64,000 nt of DNA from an uncultured Micavibrio sp. (lineage in GTDB: Bacteria; Pseudomonadota; Alphaproteobacteria; Micavibrionales; UBA1664). The stretch is taken from assembly GCA_964531715.1 (NCBI GenBank), contig CAZHEE010000006.1, positions 9,306-73,305 of the forward strand. The letters are read 5' to 3'. The position numbers and the translations under genes were made by a program. The notes beneath the pieces are model-generated. The model was not told the DNA's origin. It was given only the letters and a program-made list of their open reading frames with translations, and did no database searches. This document shows, piece by piece, positions 47,649-58,280 of the stretch; the first letter of the stretch is position 1, and each line of letters begins with the position of its first letter.

Positions 47649-48632
47649 ATGCCACAATTATCCGATCAATCAGTTGCGCTTGATACAATCCAGACTGAGA
47701 TTGAGGGTCTATCCGCGCTTCAATCCATGATTGATGCGCAATTCGACAATGCCGTTCAAACCATTCAATCTATGAAAGATAAAGGCCGCGGGCGGCTGAT
47801 TATCACCGGCATGGGGAAGTCCGGGCATATCGGGCTTAAAATGGCGGCGAGCTTTGCCTCCACCGGAACGCCATCCTATTTCGTGCATCCGGGCGAGGCT
47901 AGCCATGGCGACCTTGGCATGATCACGCAGGATGATATTGTCATTGCCATATCCAATTCCGGCGGTGCGCCAGAACTCGGTGATATTATTACCTATTGCA
48001 AGCGTTTCGCCATTCCCTTGATTGCCATTACATCTAACGCCGAATCCAATCTCGGCAAGCATAGCGATATTTGCCTTCTCCTCCCTCAAGCTAAGGAAGC
48101 CTGCCCGAACGGGCTTGCCCCAACGACATCGACAACGATGACACTTGTAATGGGGGATTGTCTGGCAATGGCTCTGCTCAACCGACAAGGGTTAAGCAGT
48201 GATGATTTTAAAATCTGGCATCCGGGCGGGAAAATCGGGTCAAAATTAACGCCGGTTTCTGACTTGATGGATACGCTTCCCACGCTGCCTTTTGTACAAC
48301 CGACCGATACAATGGATCATGTGATTGTAGAGCTGGCCGAAAAAAATATGGGTTGTGTCATTGTGTCACCCGATAACAAACATGTTGCAGGGCTAATCAC
48401 GGATGGTGATTTGAAACGTCATATGGCGCAGGATTTCCTAACCAAAACCGCATCATCCATCATGACCGAGAACCCTAAAATGATTGCGCAGGATGTTCTG
48501 GCAGGGGAAGCCATCAAAATTATGCTGAACGGCAGTGGCTCTCCTATCACATCTTTGCTTGTCCATGATAAGGGGCAAAATCTTGTCGGTATGTTAAGGC
48601 TTCAGACTTTGCTTGCCGCAGGCGTTGCCTAG
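47649..48632 (+). CDS. kdsD: Arabinose-5-phosphate isomerase (KpsF/GutQ, SIS+CBS)
   Basis: Motifs GMGKSGHIG, ASTGTP, EASHGDLG, APTTST, HPGG and TDGDL.R. Likely start is ATG 47649. Confidence 0.93.
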   Translation: MPQLSDQSVALDTIQTEIEGLSALQSMIDAQFDNAVQTIQSMKDKGRGRLIITGMGKSGHIGLKMAASFASTGTPSYFVHPGEASHGDLGMITQDDIVIAISNSGGAPELGDIITYCKRFAIPLIAITSNAESNLGKHSDICLLLPQAKEACPNGLAPTTSTTMTLVMGDCLAMALLNRQGLSSDDFKIWHPGGKIGSKLTPVSDLMDTLPTLPFVQPTDTMDHVIVELAEKNMGCVIVSPDNKHVAGLITDGDLKRHMAQDFLTKTASSIMTENPKMIAQDVLAGEAIKIMLNGSGSPITSLLVHDKGQNLVGMLRLQTLLAAGVA

Positions 48633-48639
48633 TCTAAAA

Positions 48640-49299
48640 ATGGTTGAGGAAACAAAAACAAACGATAATCGCCTTTCCAGCCTGAAAGTGCGAAGCAATA
48701 AGGGCAATGTCCGCACCTATTCGCGTTTTATCAGGTCATTAAAAATCGCCTTTCCTTTGATAATTATTGCCCTTATCGGCTTGCTTATCATATGGCCGCA
48801 GCTTAGCAATATTGCCGAGGCGCCGCTGACGAAAGATGATTTGACAGCCCTGCAAGAGGCTGAGCGTGAAAATATTCTGCTCAATCCAGTTTTCAACACG
48901 CTTGATGCAAAGCAACGGCCTTTGTCAATTTCCGCCGCAGAGGCACGCCAAAATAGAGATGAACAAGATAAAATCTATATGGCGCAACCGCGCGCGGCCA
49001 TAATAGAGGATAACAGACACCTTAATTTATCATCCGGTCATGGCATTTATGATCAGGCGAATGAAACCTTGATTCTGATTGATGCGGTGAAAATGAAGGA
49101 TAATCAAGGTAATGTTCTTTCAACTGAAAAATTGACGACTGATATTACAAATTCTGTTACGCGCAGTGAAAGTGAGGCAGTTTTAACCACACCGCAAGGC
49201 ACAATTCACGGGCAATCAGTCATTCTCGACCACGCAAATGAAACAACCACTTTTCAAGGGCCAGCCAAAGCTGTTATATTTAACGAAAATAGACTTTAA
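48640..49299 (+). CDS. lptC: LPS export periplasmic protein LptC
   Basis: YSRFIRSLKIAFP plus a single TM segment and a beta-jellyroll-like region; lies between kdsD and lptA. Confidence 0.82.
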   Translation: MVEETKTNDNRLSSLKVRSNKGNVRTYSRFIRSLKIAFPLIIIALIGLLIIWPQLSNIAEAPLTKDDLTALQEAERENILLNPVFNTLDAKQRPLSISAAEARQNRDEQDKIYMAQPRAAIIEDNRHLNLSSGHGIYDQANETLILIDAVKMKDNQGNVLSTEKLTTDITNSVTRSESEAVLTTPQGTIHGQSVILDHANETTTFQGPAKAVIFNENRL

Positions 49300-49303
49300 A
49301 TAC

Positions 49304-49882
49304 ATGCATTATTTTCTTATTCTCACTCTCATATGTTTTTTCAGCTTTCAAGCTTCTGCTCAAGAAAGCAATAATGCCGCGCCTATTGAGGTCACTGCGG
49401 ATAATGAACTGAAATGGAATCGTGCCGACCGCATTATCACTGCCGAAGGCAATGCGGTTGTCCGCCAAGGTGCGGATTCGATTGCTGCGCCGACCATCAC
49501 TGCGCTGTATAATGAAAATGACGCGATTGAGGTTTATCAGGTGACCGCTGCACCGAATGCTACCCTAATCCGTGAGAACCAAGAGCTGACCGCCTATGAG
49601 GTTGTTGCCGATTTTGACAATGGCGAATTATCGCAGGTTACTGCCAATGGCGATGTTATTCTCCAAAGCGAAGGCGAAACATTGTACGGCGACAAAGCAA
49701 TCTATGACACGATTGAGCAGACTGTTGTTATCACCGGCAATGTGCGTATTGAGCAAGGTCAGAATATTTTAGAGGGTAATCGTGCCGTGTTTGACCTCAC
49801 CACGAATATCAGCACAATGACAGGCGGGGCATCAGGCAATGATCGTGTGCGTGCCGTTTTCTATGGACGCTCAGCGGATTGA
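49304..49882 (+). CDS. lptA: LptA/OstA family protein
   Basis: Signal peptide, PIEVTAD, GNAVVRQG, ITGNVRIEQGQN.LEG and RVRAVF. Confidence 0.87.
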   Translation: MHYFLILTLICFFSFQASAQESNNAAPIEVTADNELKWNRADRIITAEGNAVVRQGADSIAAPTITALYNENDAIEVYQVTAAPNATLIRENQELTAYEVVADFDNGELSQVTANGDVILQSEGETLYGDKAIYDTIEQTVVITGNVRIEQGQNILEGNRAVFDLTTNISTMTGGASGNDRVRAVFYGRSAD

Positions 49883-50634
49883 TGAAAGACGCAACCGTTC
49901 AGAGTGCGAAGAAGGGTTTGCAGGCCGTTGCTATCGCAAAATCTTATAAAAAACGCCCTGTTTTAAGGGATGTGAGTATCTCTATAAAACAAGGCGAATC
50001 CGTCGCCCTGCTTGGTCCGAATGGGGCAGGAAAAACCAGCCTGTTTTATATTATTACAGGCCTTGTAAAGGCGAATAGCGGTACTATCAGCCTTGATGGT
50101 GAGGATATTACTAAACTGCCCATGTATCGGCGCGCGCGCCTCGGTGTCGGCTACCTACCTCAGGAAGCATCGATTTTCAGAGGGTTAAATGTTGAGGATA
50201 ATATCCGCGCCATTCTGCAAACCAATCAGGACATGAACAAGGATGAGCAGGAAGCATTACTTGATGAACTGCTTGCCGAATTTTCAATTTCTCATTTGCG
50301 TGTGACACCGTCTGTTGCATTGTCGGGGGGGGAGAGGCGCAGGCTTGAAATTGCTAGAGCCTTGGCCTCGCGCCCGAAATTTATTTTACTTGATGAACCG
50401 CTGGCAGGGATTGACCCGATAGCGGTGAATGATATTCGCGATTTGATTGCCCATCTTAAAAATCGCGGTATCGGGGTGCTTATTACCGATCATAATGTGC
50501 GTGATACGCTTGAAATTGTTGACCGCGCCTATATCCTTCATGACGGATATATCCTGACTGAGGGTACACCTGACACAATTGTCCAAAATGATGATGTCCG
50601 GCGTGTCTATCTCGGTAAAAACTTTAAGGTTTAA
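49879..50634 (+). CDS. lptB: LPS export ABC transporter ATPase
   Basis: Motifs GPNGAGKT, YLPQEASIFR, LSGGERRR, LLDEP.AG.DP and ITDHNVR. Confidence 0.96.
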   Translation: MMKDATVQSAKKGLQAVAIAKSYKKRPVLRDVSISIKQGESVALLGPNGAGKTSLFYIITGLVKANSGTISLDGEDITKLPMYRRARLGVGYLPQEASIFRGLNVEDNIRAILQTNQDMNKDEQEALLDELLAEFSISHLRVTPSVALSGGERRRLEIARALASRPKFILLDEPLAGIDPIAVNDIRDLIAHLKNRGIGVLITDHNVRDTLEIVDRAYILHDGYILTEGTPDTIVQNDDVRRVYLGKNFKV

Positions 50635-50690
50635 GACAAGCTTACTAAAATTGAGTCGCTTTTTTTATGGTAGTTTTGTAATGTCTGATA

Positions 50691-52175
50691 ATGGTTGAGG
50701 CGGCACAAATAATGGACAATGAAAATAACGGCGGTACGGATGATGTCACCGCCATTCGGACGCTTCCGCATAATTTAGAGGCTGAACAGGCTTTGCTCGG
50801 CGCGATGTTGGAAGATAACCGCATCATTGACAATTTCTCCGATTTCCTGCGCCCGATGCATTTTTTTATGCCTGTGCATCAGCGGATTTATGACGCCATC
50901 CTGAAACTGACCGAGCGTGGGCAAAATGCAGACGCGGTTACGGTCAAAGCTTATTTTGAAAGCGATAATGATTTAAAAGATGTCGGTGGTGCGGCTTATA
51001 TCAGCGACCTAGCCTCATCCGTTATCTCTGTTTTAAACGCCAAGCATTATGCACAAGTGCTCTATGACCTCCATATTCGCCGTGAACTCATCGCCATCGG
51101 GCGCGATGTTGTGAATGAAGCCTTTGAACAGGATATTGACAGCAGCCCTGATGACTGTCTTCAGCATGCCGAAAAACGCCTTTATGATTTGGCGGAAACG
51201 GGCGAAGGGCAAAGCGGTTTTATCACGATGAAAGACGCGGTCGGTGTCGCCATTCAAAATGCCGAAAAAGCCTTCAAAACCGAGGGGCATGTGACAGGGG
51301 TGACAACAGGCTTGCGCGATTTGGATAAGCGTTTAGGCGGGCTTCAGCCCTCTGATTTGCTCATCCTTGCCGCGCGACCTGCCATGGGGAAAACCTCGCT
51401 CGCGGTCAATATTGCTTATAATGCCGCCTATGCGCATCATCGTTCAGGCGGGCAGGAAGGCGGGCGCGTTGGTGTTCTGTCCCTTGAAATGTCGTCAGAC
51501 CAGCTCGCCTCTCGATTGCTTTGTGACTTGGCCGAGATGCCGGGCGATAAAATCAGGCGGGGTGATTTTGGCGCAGAGGAATTTCGGAGGTTATCGGAGG
51601 CCGCAAACAGCCTCTCACTTATCCCGCTATATATCGATGACACGCCTGCCCAGACAATTACCGCCATTCGGACACGCGCCCGGCGGATGAAGCGGAAGCA
51701 TGGGCTGGAACTGCTTATTGTCGACTATCTTCAACTTTTGCGCGGAACGGGATCAAAACAGGGGAATGAAAACCGCGTGCTCGAAGTCTCAGAGATTACG
51801 CGTGGCTTAAAAGCGATTGCGAAGGACTTGCATATTCCGGTGATTGCCTTATCGCAGCTCTCGCGCGGGGTTGAAAGCCGTGAAGATAAGCGACCCCAGC
51901 TTGCGGATTTGCGGGAATCAGGTTCGATTGAACAGGATGCGGATGTGGTGATGTTTATCTATCGTGATGAATATTATTTACAAAACGCACAGCCATCGGA
52001 AGATGATGCCGAGAAAATGGCGGCTTGGCAGGAGAAGATGGACAAGGCCTATAACAAGGCAGATATTATCATTGCCAAACAACGACACGGTCCGACAGGG
52101 ACGGAAACATTATTTTTCGACGGGCGATACACCCGCTTCCGCGACCTTGATAAGCATCATAGTGACCGTTTTTAA
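50691..52175 (+). CDS. dnaB: Replicative DNA helicase
   Basis: Motifs PHNLEAEQALLG, ARPAMGKT, VDYLQL, LSQLSR, DLRESGSIEQDAD and KQRHGP. Confidence 0.97.
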   Translation: MVEAAQIMDNENNGGTDDVTAIRTLPHNLEAEQALLGAMLEDNRIIDNFSDFLRPMHFFMPVHQRIYDAILKLTERGQNADAVTVKAYFESDNDLKDVGGAAYISDLASSVISVLNAKHYAQVLYDLHIRRELIAIGRDVVNEAFEQDIDSSPDDCLQHAEKRLYDLAETGEGQSGFITMKDAVGVAIQNAEKAFKTEGHVTGVTTGLRDLDKRLGGLQPSDLLILAARPAMGKTSLAVNIAYNAAYAHHRSGGQEGGRVGVLSLEMSSDQLASRLLCDLAEMPGDKIRRGDFGAEEFRRLSEAANSLSLIPLYIDDTPAQTITAIRTRARRMKRKHGLELLIVDYLQLLRGTGSKQGNENRVLEVSEITRGLKAIAKDLHIPVIALSQLSRGVESREDKRPQLADLRESGSIEQDADVVMFIYRDEYYLQNAQPSEDDAEKMAAWQEKMDKAYNKADIIIAKQRHGPTGTETLFFDGRYTRFRDLDKHHSDRF

Positions 52176-52220
52176 AAAGAAATAAATGGCAAGATATATT
52201 CCTTACAGCTTGTAAAAAAC

Positions 52221-52297
52221 TTGTCATCTCGACCGAGTGTAATGAGTGGAGAGATCTGCGCGGTAATCAGATCACTCGGCTAAGCTCGGGATGACAA
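52221..52297. repeat. GTCA-REP heterodimer (B+A)
   Basis: ttGTCATCTCGACCGAG..GAGAGATCT-spacer-AGATCACTCGG..CTCGGGATGACaa, located between the convergent dnaB and GDH genes. Confidence 0.8.
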
Positions 52298-52353
52298 GAT
52301 TATCACGTAAGTTTTGTGAAACTCTGTAAAATGGTTATTTTAAAACCTTATAC

Positions 52354-55300
52354 TTAAATCAACTGACTTAAGCGCAATTCTGTCGCGGTGAGCATCGCAA
52401 AATCGGGTGCATCATGCTCTCTTAAATGACCGAGCATGTCAATAATCGGCTGAGTCGCATTCTCATGCGCTTTCAACCATGTTTGAACAGGATTTTTATC
52501 GCAGGTTTTTTTATAGGTATCACAGTAATTCGAGACAATATAACGCGTCAGCGTGGCCTGCGTTTTATAAAGCCTATCTGTCAAATTTTTGAGCGTTTCC
52601 GCCTCCCATTGTGACTCAGCTTGCCTTTCGCGGGCTTGATCGCGCAACCAAACGAATGAGAAAATCTCATTTAAATTGAAATAAACTTTCGCAACCGTAT
52701 CGATATTTTTACCTTCATTATCCGCAATATGCGCAACATCAAAAGCCGTATTGAGAATTGGAAGCATAGCCACACGGCGAGCGATATCCATTGGAAAGCC
52801 AGCCTCTTTCAATCTGTTTTGTCGCTCTGCAATAAATAGTAAACCTGAGTTAGGGAGGAGATTGTCAATATTTTTCACTAAATGCTGCACTGATTTTTGA
52901 AAATTTTTGCCAAGCGCTACAAGGTTTTCATCTTTTAAACTTTCAACATCGAAATTTTTCAAAAACCATGTTGTGCCATAATTCACAAATGTCGCAATTT
53001 TTGATAAAGCCTCAATCTGTGATAATGCGGAAGCCTTGTTATCAAGGGCCTCAATATCGGCATAGAGATTACTTAGGCTGAAAATTTCGCGGATAATAAT
53101 ATAGGCACGCGCCACCGTGCAGGCGGCAACACCCGTCTTTATGGTTTGATCCATGATATAGGCAGGCCCCATACGATTGATAATTGTATTTGAAAGTTGA
53201 GTCGCGATAATTTCACGTTTCAAACGGTGGCTGTCCATTTGATCACGGTATTTCTTTTGCAATTTTGCAGGAAAATAATTGATAAGCCAGCTTTGAAAGG
53301 CAGGGTCATCGGGAATATGACTGTCCAGCAAATCCTGAAATAATTTAATTTTCGTATAGGATACTAGCGTCGCAATTTCTGGCGCGGTCAACCCTTGATT
53401 ATTGCGCGCGCGTTCTTCAATCGCCGCCGCATTGGGCAAATATTCAATCTCACGATTAAGGTTTACCGCTTTTTCCAGATGCGTGATAAGGTCAGCGTGC
53501 AATTGAAGCGTTTCCGAAGCCTCATGCGCCACAACCGAGATGGCTTGCGCTTGTTGATCATTATTTCTTAAAACAAGCGCGGCAATATCATCCGTCATAC
53601 TTTTCAAGAGTTTGTTCCGCGTTTTCACATCCATCTCATTTTGCTGCATTAATTGTTGCAGCAGAATTTTGATATTGACTTCGAGGTCGGAGGAGTTGAC
53701 GCCGCCTGAATTATCAACAAAATCGGCGTATAATTTAACACCAAGGAGAGCCATGCAGATACGCCCTGCATGGGTTACACCCAAATTCGCACCCTCGCCA
53801 ATGACACGCGCGCGAACCTCATGTGCATCAACGCGGATGGTATCATTCGCCTTATCCCCCACATCGGCATGAGACTCATTAGGCGCCTTGATATAAGTAC
53901 CGATACCGCCAAACCAGAGAAGGTCAGTTTGAGCCTTTAACATGGCGTTCATAAGCTTTTGCGGTGAGACTTTTTTATCGCTTAAGTCAAAACGCTTCAT
54001 GATCTCAGGGGTGAGGCTCAACTCTTTATCATGTCGCGAGAATATTCTTCCGCCTTTGGACAGGATTTTTTCGTTGTAATGATCCCACCCCTTAATCTCG
54101 TTGAATAATCTTTCCCGTTCCTTAAAAGATTTTTTAATATCAGGGTCAGGGTCGCAGAAGATATGCAGATGGTTAAACGCCCCTATTAGGCGGATATAAG
54201 GGGAAAGCAACATACCGTTCCCGAATACATCACCACCCATATCGCCGATACCGATAACATCAAATTCTTGGCGCTGGATATCGAGTCCAAGCTCTCTGAA
54301 ATGGCGTTTGACCGATTCCCACGCGCCTTTGGCCGTTATGCCCATGTCCTTATGGTCGTACCCGGCCGACCCGCCAGAGGCAAATGCATCGCCAAGCCAG
54401 AAGTTATAATCCTCTGCAATACCATTCGCAATATCGGAAAAAGTTGCGGTTCCCTTATCGGCGGCAACGACCAGATAGGGATCATCGCAATCATGGCGAA
54501 CGCAATCTTTTGGCGGCTTCACCTTTTTATTCACGATATTATCAGTGATATCAAGCAAGCCTGAAATGAAAATTTTATAGCATGTAATCGCCTCATCTTG
54601 CATGGCCTTTCTATCGGGATTTTGAGGCGGGCGTTTGACAACAAAGCCACCCTTGGAACCGACAGGAATAATTACCGCATTTTTTACATTTTGAGCCTTC
54701 ATCAACCCAAGCACTTCTGTTCTGAAATCCTCATGACGGTCTGACCAGCGAAGCCCGCCACGCGCAACCTTACCGCCGCGTAAATGAACCCCTTCAACGC
54801 GGGGAGAATAAACAAATATTTCAACATAGGGTTTCGGAAGGGGGAGAATATCTATACGGGAACTATCGAGTTTTACCGAAACATAATCTTTATTCTGAAA
54901 GAAATTTGTGCGAAGCGATGCACCAATCAGCTGCAGCAAAGAGTGCAAAATTTTATCCTGATCAAAAGACGGCACATCCTGCAACAATTTCTCAATTTTC
55001 TTTATATGTTTGTTTTGTGCATTCTCCCTTTCTTTCTGAGGGCGTGATGGGTCGTGACGGTCATAGAAATAATCAACACATGAAGCTGCAATTTTTGGAT
55101 ATTCAGTCAGAGCCTGCATCATATAACCGGGGGAAAATTGTATACCTGTCTGGCGCATATAGCGGATAAAGGTTCGTAGAATCAATACATCGCGCCATGG
55201 CATTTGAGCCTTGGCCGTAAGGGCATTAAGTGCATCATTTTCAGAAGTTTGATTCCAAATGGCGCGTAGACTTTCCTCAAAAACACCCTTAATGTCTTTA

Positions 55301-57117
55301 ACGGAACGGGCATGGTCCGGATTACGAAACGCAATTTCAAAATCATGAAGCCATACAGCTTTATCGCCTTTAATTTTTAACTTAAAGGGTTTTTCGGCAA
55401 TCACACGAAAACCGTAATTTTCTAAAATCGGCAAAATATCTGATAGTGTTACAGGGTCATCCGGATGATAAATTTTTAAATTGAGTGTTGCTTTATCGTC
55501 AGTAACATCCTGATACAAGTTAAGCGCAAAAGATGCTGTCTCTGCCATTTCTTCCAGCTTAAGAATATCATCGTGAACTTCATCACCCACGGCTTGCTCA
55601 CAATAGCTTAACGGAAATGCGGAAGCATACTTCTCTGCAAGGTCGAGCGCGGCTTTTTCCTCCTCGCAAGCATTCAGCAAGATAGCCCTTAGTTTTTCAG
55701 GCCATGACCGCGCGGCCTTTACAAGCTTATCTTCAATGGCATCAAAATCATGCTTTTTTGCATCATTATCATCATCCGAAAGCGTGATGCGATAAATCAC
55801 ACGCGCCAAAGGTGAGTCATCCAAAACCGTGTAAAAAGCCTCACATGTACCATGAAAGGATTCTTCCAATATATTTTGCATTTTCATGCGTAAATCGGTT
55901 TCGTATTTCTCACGCGGCGTATAAACAAGGCAGGATACGTAGCGTTTGAAGGGGTCTTCGCGAACATATAGCGCAACTTTCGGCTGTTCTTGCAACGCCA
56001 TGATGGAGACCACATATTGCTGCAGCAAATCTGTATCAATCTGGAACAGCTCATCACGCGGATACTTTTCCAAAATATGCATAAGGGCGCGGTGATTGTG
56101 GCTGTTCGGGCGATAACCGGATTGCTCTAATACTTGATTAACCTTGTGACGCAAATAAGGAATATCCTGAATTGAACGGGAGTAAGTGACAGAGGTAAAT
56201 AGCCCGATAAACAGCCGCTCACCATTGACATTGCCATTTTTATCATATGTTTTAATTGCTATCGCATCCATCGGCACACGGCGGTGAACAGTTGCGCGTT
56301 TATTGACTTTTGCGATAGTGAGGGTGGGTTGTTCCAGCCGGATTTGCTGCAACGCTTCGGGTAATTGTTGCCGTGCCTGATTAATATAAACAGGGCGTTT
56401 TTCATCGCTTAAGAGGCCAAGACCGGACCCTTTGACTATTTTTGATGTTGTTGTTTTTTGAGATGAAGACAGGCTGTATTCGCGATAGCCAAGAAGCGTA
56501 AAATTATCATCATGAATATAATTAAGAAATGCCTGATACTCTTCAAATAAAGTTTTATCAGGTGCAGCATTTTGTATGTCGAGTGCCTGAATAGTTTGTT
56601 TCAAGGCCTCCTTCATTTTCTGCCAATCGCGCGTGGCGAAGCTGACATCCTCAGTGACAGAGCGCAGCGATTCTTTAAGCTTATTTTTATCTTCTACGCT
56701 TAAAATTCCTTGTAGGGCTATAATTAAAAGGGACAGGACATCATCCTCACCTTTATAAGGCTGGGTCAGGACATCGACTTTTTCAAGCTCCCCGTTTTTG
56801 TTGTGTTCAATTTTCACACTGTGATGAAGGACGCCTTCAATCGTAAAACCATGCGCCGTACAATCCGCTGTGATGGAATCAATCAAGAATGGTTTATCAT
56901 CCGTTATCAGAACAAGCACGGTTTGGTCATGTTTATCCTGCTTACCTTGTTTCTCAACCGCATCGATATGGATACATGTTGCGCCGTTATCTTTATTTCT
57001 TAGTAATGCCTCCGCCGTCTCAACCGCTTGAGATAAAGCATGGGCAGGAATATGTGTATGTTGCTTTTTTGCAGCGGATTTTTTGAGTGTTTCTTGAAAA
57101 TTTTTAAAGGCAGGCAT
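52354..57117 (-). CDS. Large NAD-specific glutamate dehydrogenase
   Basis: 1587 aa; motifs ARGGLRWSDR.EDFRTE, AADKGTATFSD, ASGGSAGYDHK, GDMGGDVFGNG, GEGANLG and DNSGGV. Confidence 0.96.
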   Translation of the reverse strand: MPAFKNFQETLKKSAAKKQHTHIPAHALSQAVETAEALLRNKDNGATCIHIDAVEKQGKQDKHDQTVLVLITDDKPFLIDSITADCTAHGFTIEGVLHHSVKIEHNKNGELEKVDVLTQPYKGEDDVLSLLIIALQGILSVEDKNKLKESLRSVTEDVSFATRDWQKMKEALKQTIQALDIQNAAPDKTLFEEYQAFLNYIHDDNFTLLGYREYSLSSSQKTTTSKIVKGSGLGLLSDEKRPVYINQARQQLPEALQQIRLEQPTLTIAKVNKRATVHRRVPMDAIAIKTYDKNGNVNGERLFIGLFTSVTYSRSIQDIPYLRHKVNQVLEQSGYRPNSHNHRALMHILEKYPRDELFQIDTDLLQQYVVSIMALQEQPKVALYVREDPFKRYVSCLVYTPREKYETDLRMKMQNILEESFHGTCEAFYTVLDDSPLARVIYRITLSDDDNDAKKHDFDAIEDKLVKAARSWPEKLRAILLNACEEEKAALDLAEKYASAFPLSYCEQAVGDEVHDDILKLEEMAETASFALNLYQDVTDDKATLNLKIYHPDDPVTLSDILPILENYGFRVIAEKPFKLKIKGDKAVWLHDFEIAFRNPDHARSVKDIKGVFEESLRAIWNQTSENDALNALTAKAQMPWRDVLILRTFIRYMRQTGIQFSPGYMMQALTEYPKIAASCVDYFYDRHDPSRPQKERENAQNKHIKKIEKLLQDVPSFDQDKILHSLLQLIGASLRTNFFQNKDYVSVKLDSSRIDILPLPKPYVEIFVYSPRVEGVHLRGGKVARGGLRWSDRHEDFRTEVLGLMKAQNVKNAVIIPVGSKGGFVVKRPPQNPDRKAMQDEAITCYKIFISGLLDITDNIVNKKVKPPKDCVRHDCDDPYLVVAADKGTATFSDIANGIAEDYNFWLGDAFASGGSAGYDHKDMGITAKGAWESVKRHFRELGLDIQRQEFDVIGIGDMGGDVFGNGMLLSPYIRLIGAFNHLHIFCDPDPDIKKSFKERERLFNEIKGWDHYNEKILSKGGRIFSRHDKELSLTPEIMKRFDLSDKKVSPQKLMNAMLKAQTDLLWFGGIGTYIKAPNESHADVGDKANDTIRVDAHEVRARVIGEGANLGVTHAGRICMALLGVKLYADFVDNSGGVNSSDLEVNIKILLQQLMQQNEMDVKTRNKLLKSMTDDIAALVLRNNDQQAQAISVVAHEASETLQLHADLITHLEKAVNLNREIEYLPNAAAIEERARNNQGLTAPEIATLVSYTKIKLFQDLLDSHIPDDPAFQSWLINYFPAKLQKKYRDQMDSHRLKREIIATQLSNTIINRMGPAYIMDQTIKTGVAACTVARAYIIIREIFSLSNLYADIEALDNKASALSQIEALSKIATFVNYGTTWFLKNFDVESLKDENLVALGKNFQKSVQHLVKNIDNLLPNSGLLFIAERQNRLKEAGFPMDIARRVAMLPILNTAFDVAHIADNEGKNIDTVAKVYFNLNEIFSFVWLRDQARERQAESQWEAETLKNLTDRLYKTQATLTRYIVSNYCDTYKKTCDKNPVQTWLKAHENATQPIIDMLGHLREHDAPDFAMLTATELRLSQLI

Positions 57118-57237
57118 GCTATTATTACGCTCATAATCAAATTAAGTTTAAGAATAATACGCTATCATCATCATATCTTTAAGCAAAGACGGCAATCTTG
57201 ATTGATTATATCTGCCTATCTGTGACATACTGTTAAC

Positions 57238-57858
57238 ATGGAATTAGACTTATTAATCAATAAAACAGGCGAGTATGGCATTGTCACCACGCATCAATTC
57301 GAGGCAAAACCATCGGCCGCTTTCTTTGACCATGATACGCTCCGATTATCATTGGAATTTAGCGAAACGATGGATAGCGTGCCATTGAATGTTACCGTGG
57401 CACTCGACCATGCAGAGGCACTCATTTTAAGAAACCAGATTTATTTCGTGGTTTATGAGGGTGATTTCATCGTGATGGCAGAGACAATCCCATTAATTCA
57501 TACAGGGGCAACGGCAGGTTCATCAACAAGCGGGCAAGCCTACGGCACAATCAGTCAAGCGGAATACTGGCTTAAAACCGCGATTCAGGGGCAACCCATC
57601 CATCGCGATAATCTGGGGCATGAAAATGCCAGCGGCGGCGTCATGCGCGGTGTCTCCCCGAAAGTTCTCAGGCTCGCCCCTCAACTCCAACGCCAGTTGG
57701 CGCAAGAGCGGGCCAATGCGCCGAAACCGGCTCCGGCATTGACCGTTCCTACTATGGGAATGGGCGGCAATTCAGGCGGTGGCAGGTCAACTGGCGGCAT
57801 TCAAAACCCGAACCTAAATAACCGTCATCCCAAACCACCAACCGATATGGGTGAGTAA
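57238..57858 (+). CDS. Hypothetical protein
   Basis: 206-aa ORF with a promoter-like TTGATT..CATACT upstream and a Pro/Gly-rich C-terminus. Confidence 0.7.
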   Translation: MELDLLINKTGEYGIVTTHQFEAKPSAAFFDHDTLRLSLEFSETMDSVPLNVTVALDHAEALILRNQIYFVVYEGDFIVMAETIPLIHTGATAGSSTSGQAYGTISQAEYWLKTAIQGQPIHRDNLGHENASGGVMRGVSPKVLRLAPQLQRQLAQERANAPKPAPALTVPTMGMGGNSGGGRSTGGIQNPNLNNRHPKPPTDMGE

Positions 57859-57863
57859 ATTTC

Positions 57864-57892
57864 TAGATCCTGAAATAAATTCAGGATGACAA
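57864..57892. repeat. Single GTCA-REP hairpin (may double as terminator)
   Basis: AGATCCTGAAATAAATTCAGGATGACaa, nearly identical to the right arm at about 7658-7683. Confidence 0.7.
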
Positions 57893-57950
57893 TTATTCTT
57901 CTCAGAGTTTTAATTTGCTTTTTCGCTATTTATAATCTAAATACATCCTT

Positions 57951-58040
57951 GGAAGTCGGCGCGGGCGGGTCGCTCGCCAATCTGGTCAGGCCGGAGACGG
58001 AGCAGCCATAACGAATTCATCCGGGTCGTGTCCGACTTCT
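57951..58040 (+). ncRNA. ffs: Signal recognition particle 4.5S RNA
   Basis: Terminal stem GGAAGTCGG..CCGACTTCT, helix 8 GGTCAGGCCG-GAGA-CGGAGCAGCC, and a T-run. Lies upstream of dnaX, as is common. Confidence 0.92.
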
Positions 58041-58066
58041 TTTTTTTATTCGTCATTACAAGAAAA

Positions 58067-58164
58067 CCTTCTCCCTTGGGAGAAAGTGGCGAACACCCGT
58101 GAGCCGGATGAGGGGCTTTAAAACCATATTTCCCCTCACCCTAACCCTCTCCCAAGGGAGAGGG
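58067..58164. repeat. Second copy (inverted) of the CCCCTCACCCTAACCCTCTCCC-type bipartite repeat
   Basis: Reverse complement of 503-604 with a different spacer. Confidence 0.85.
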
Positions 58165-58280
58165 GACTTTGTTTATCTCTTCTTCGCATTAAAATAAATT
58201 CTTCATTTAAATGAGTTCACTACCTAAGAAAAATTGTCCATAGAAATCCCCTCTAAATCTTGCTATCACTTATACAAGAC

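Noticed and set aside
57985-58006. GAGA instead of GGAA loop in SRP RNA helix 8
   Set aside because: It is still a GNRA tetraloop, which is normal variation.
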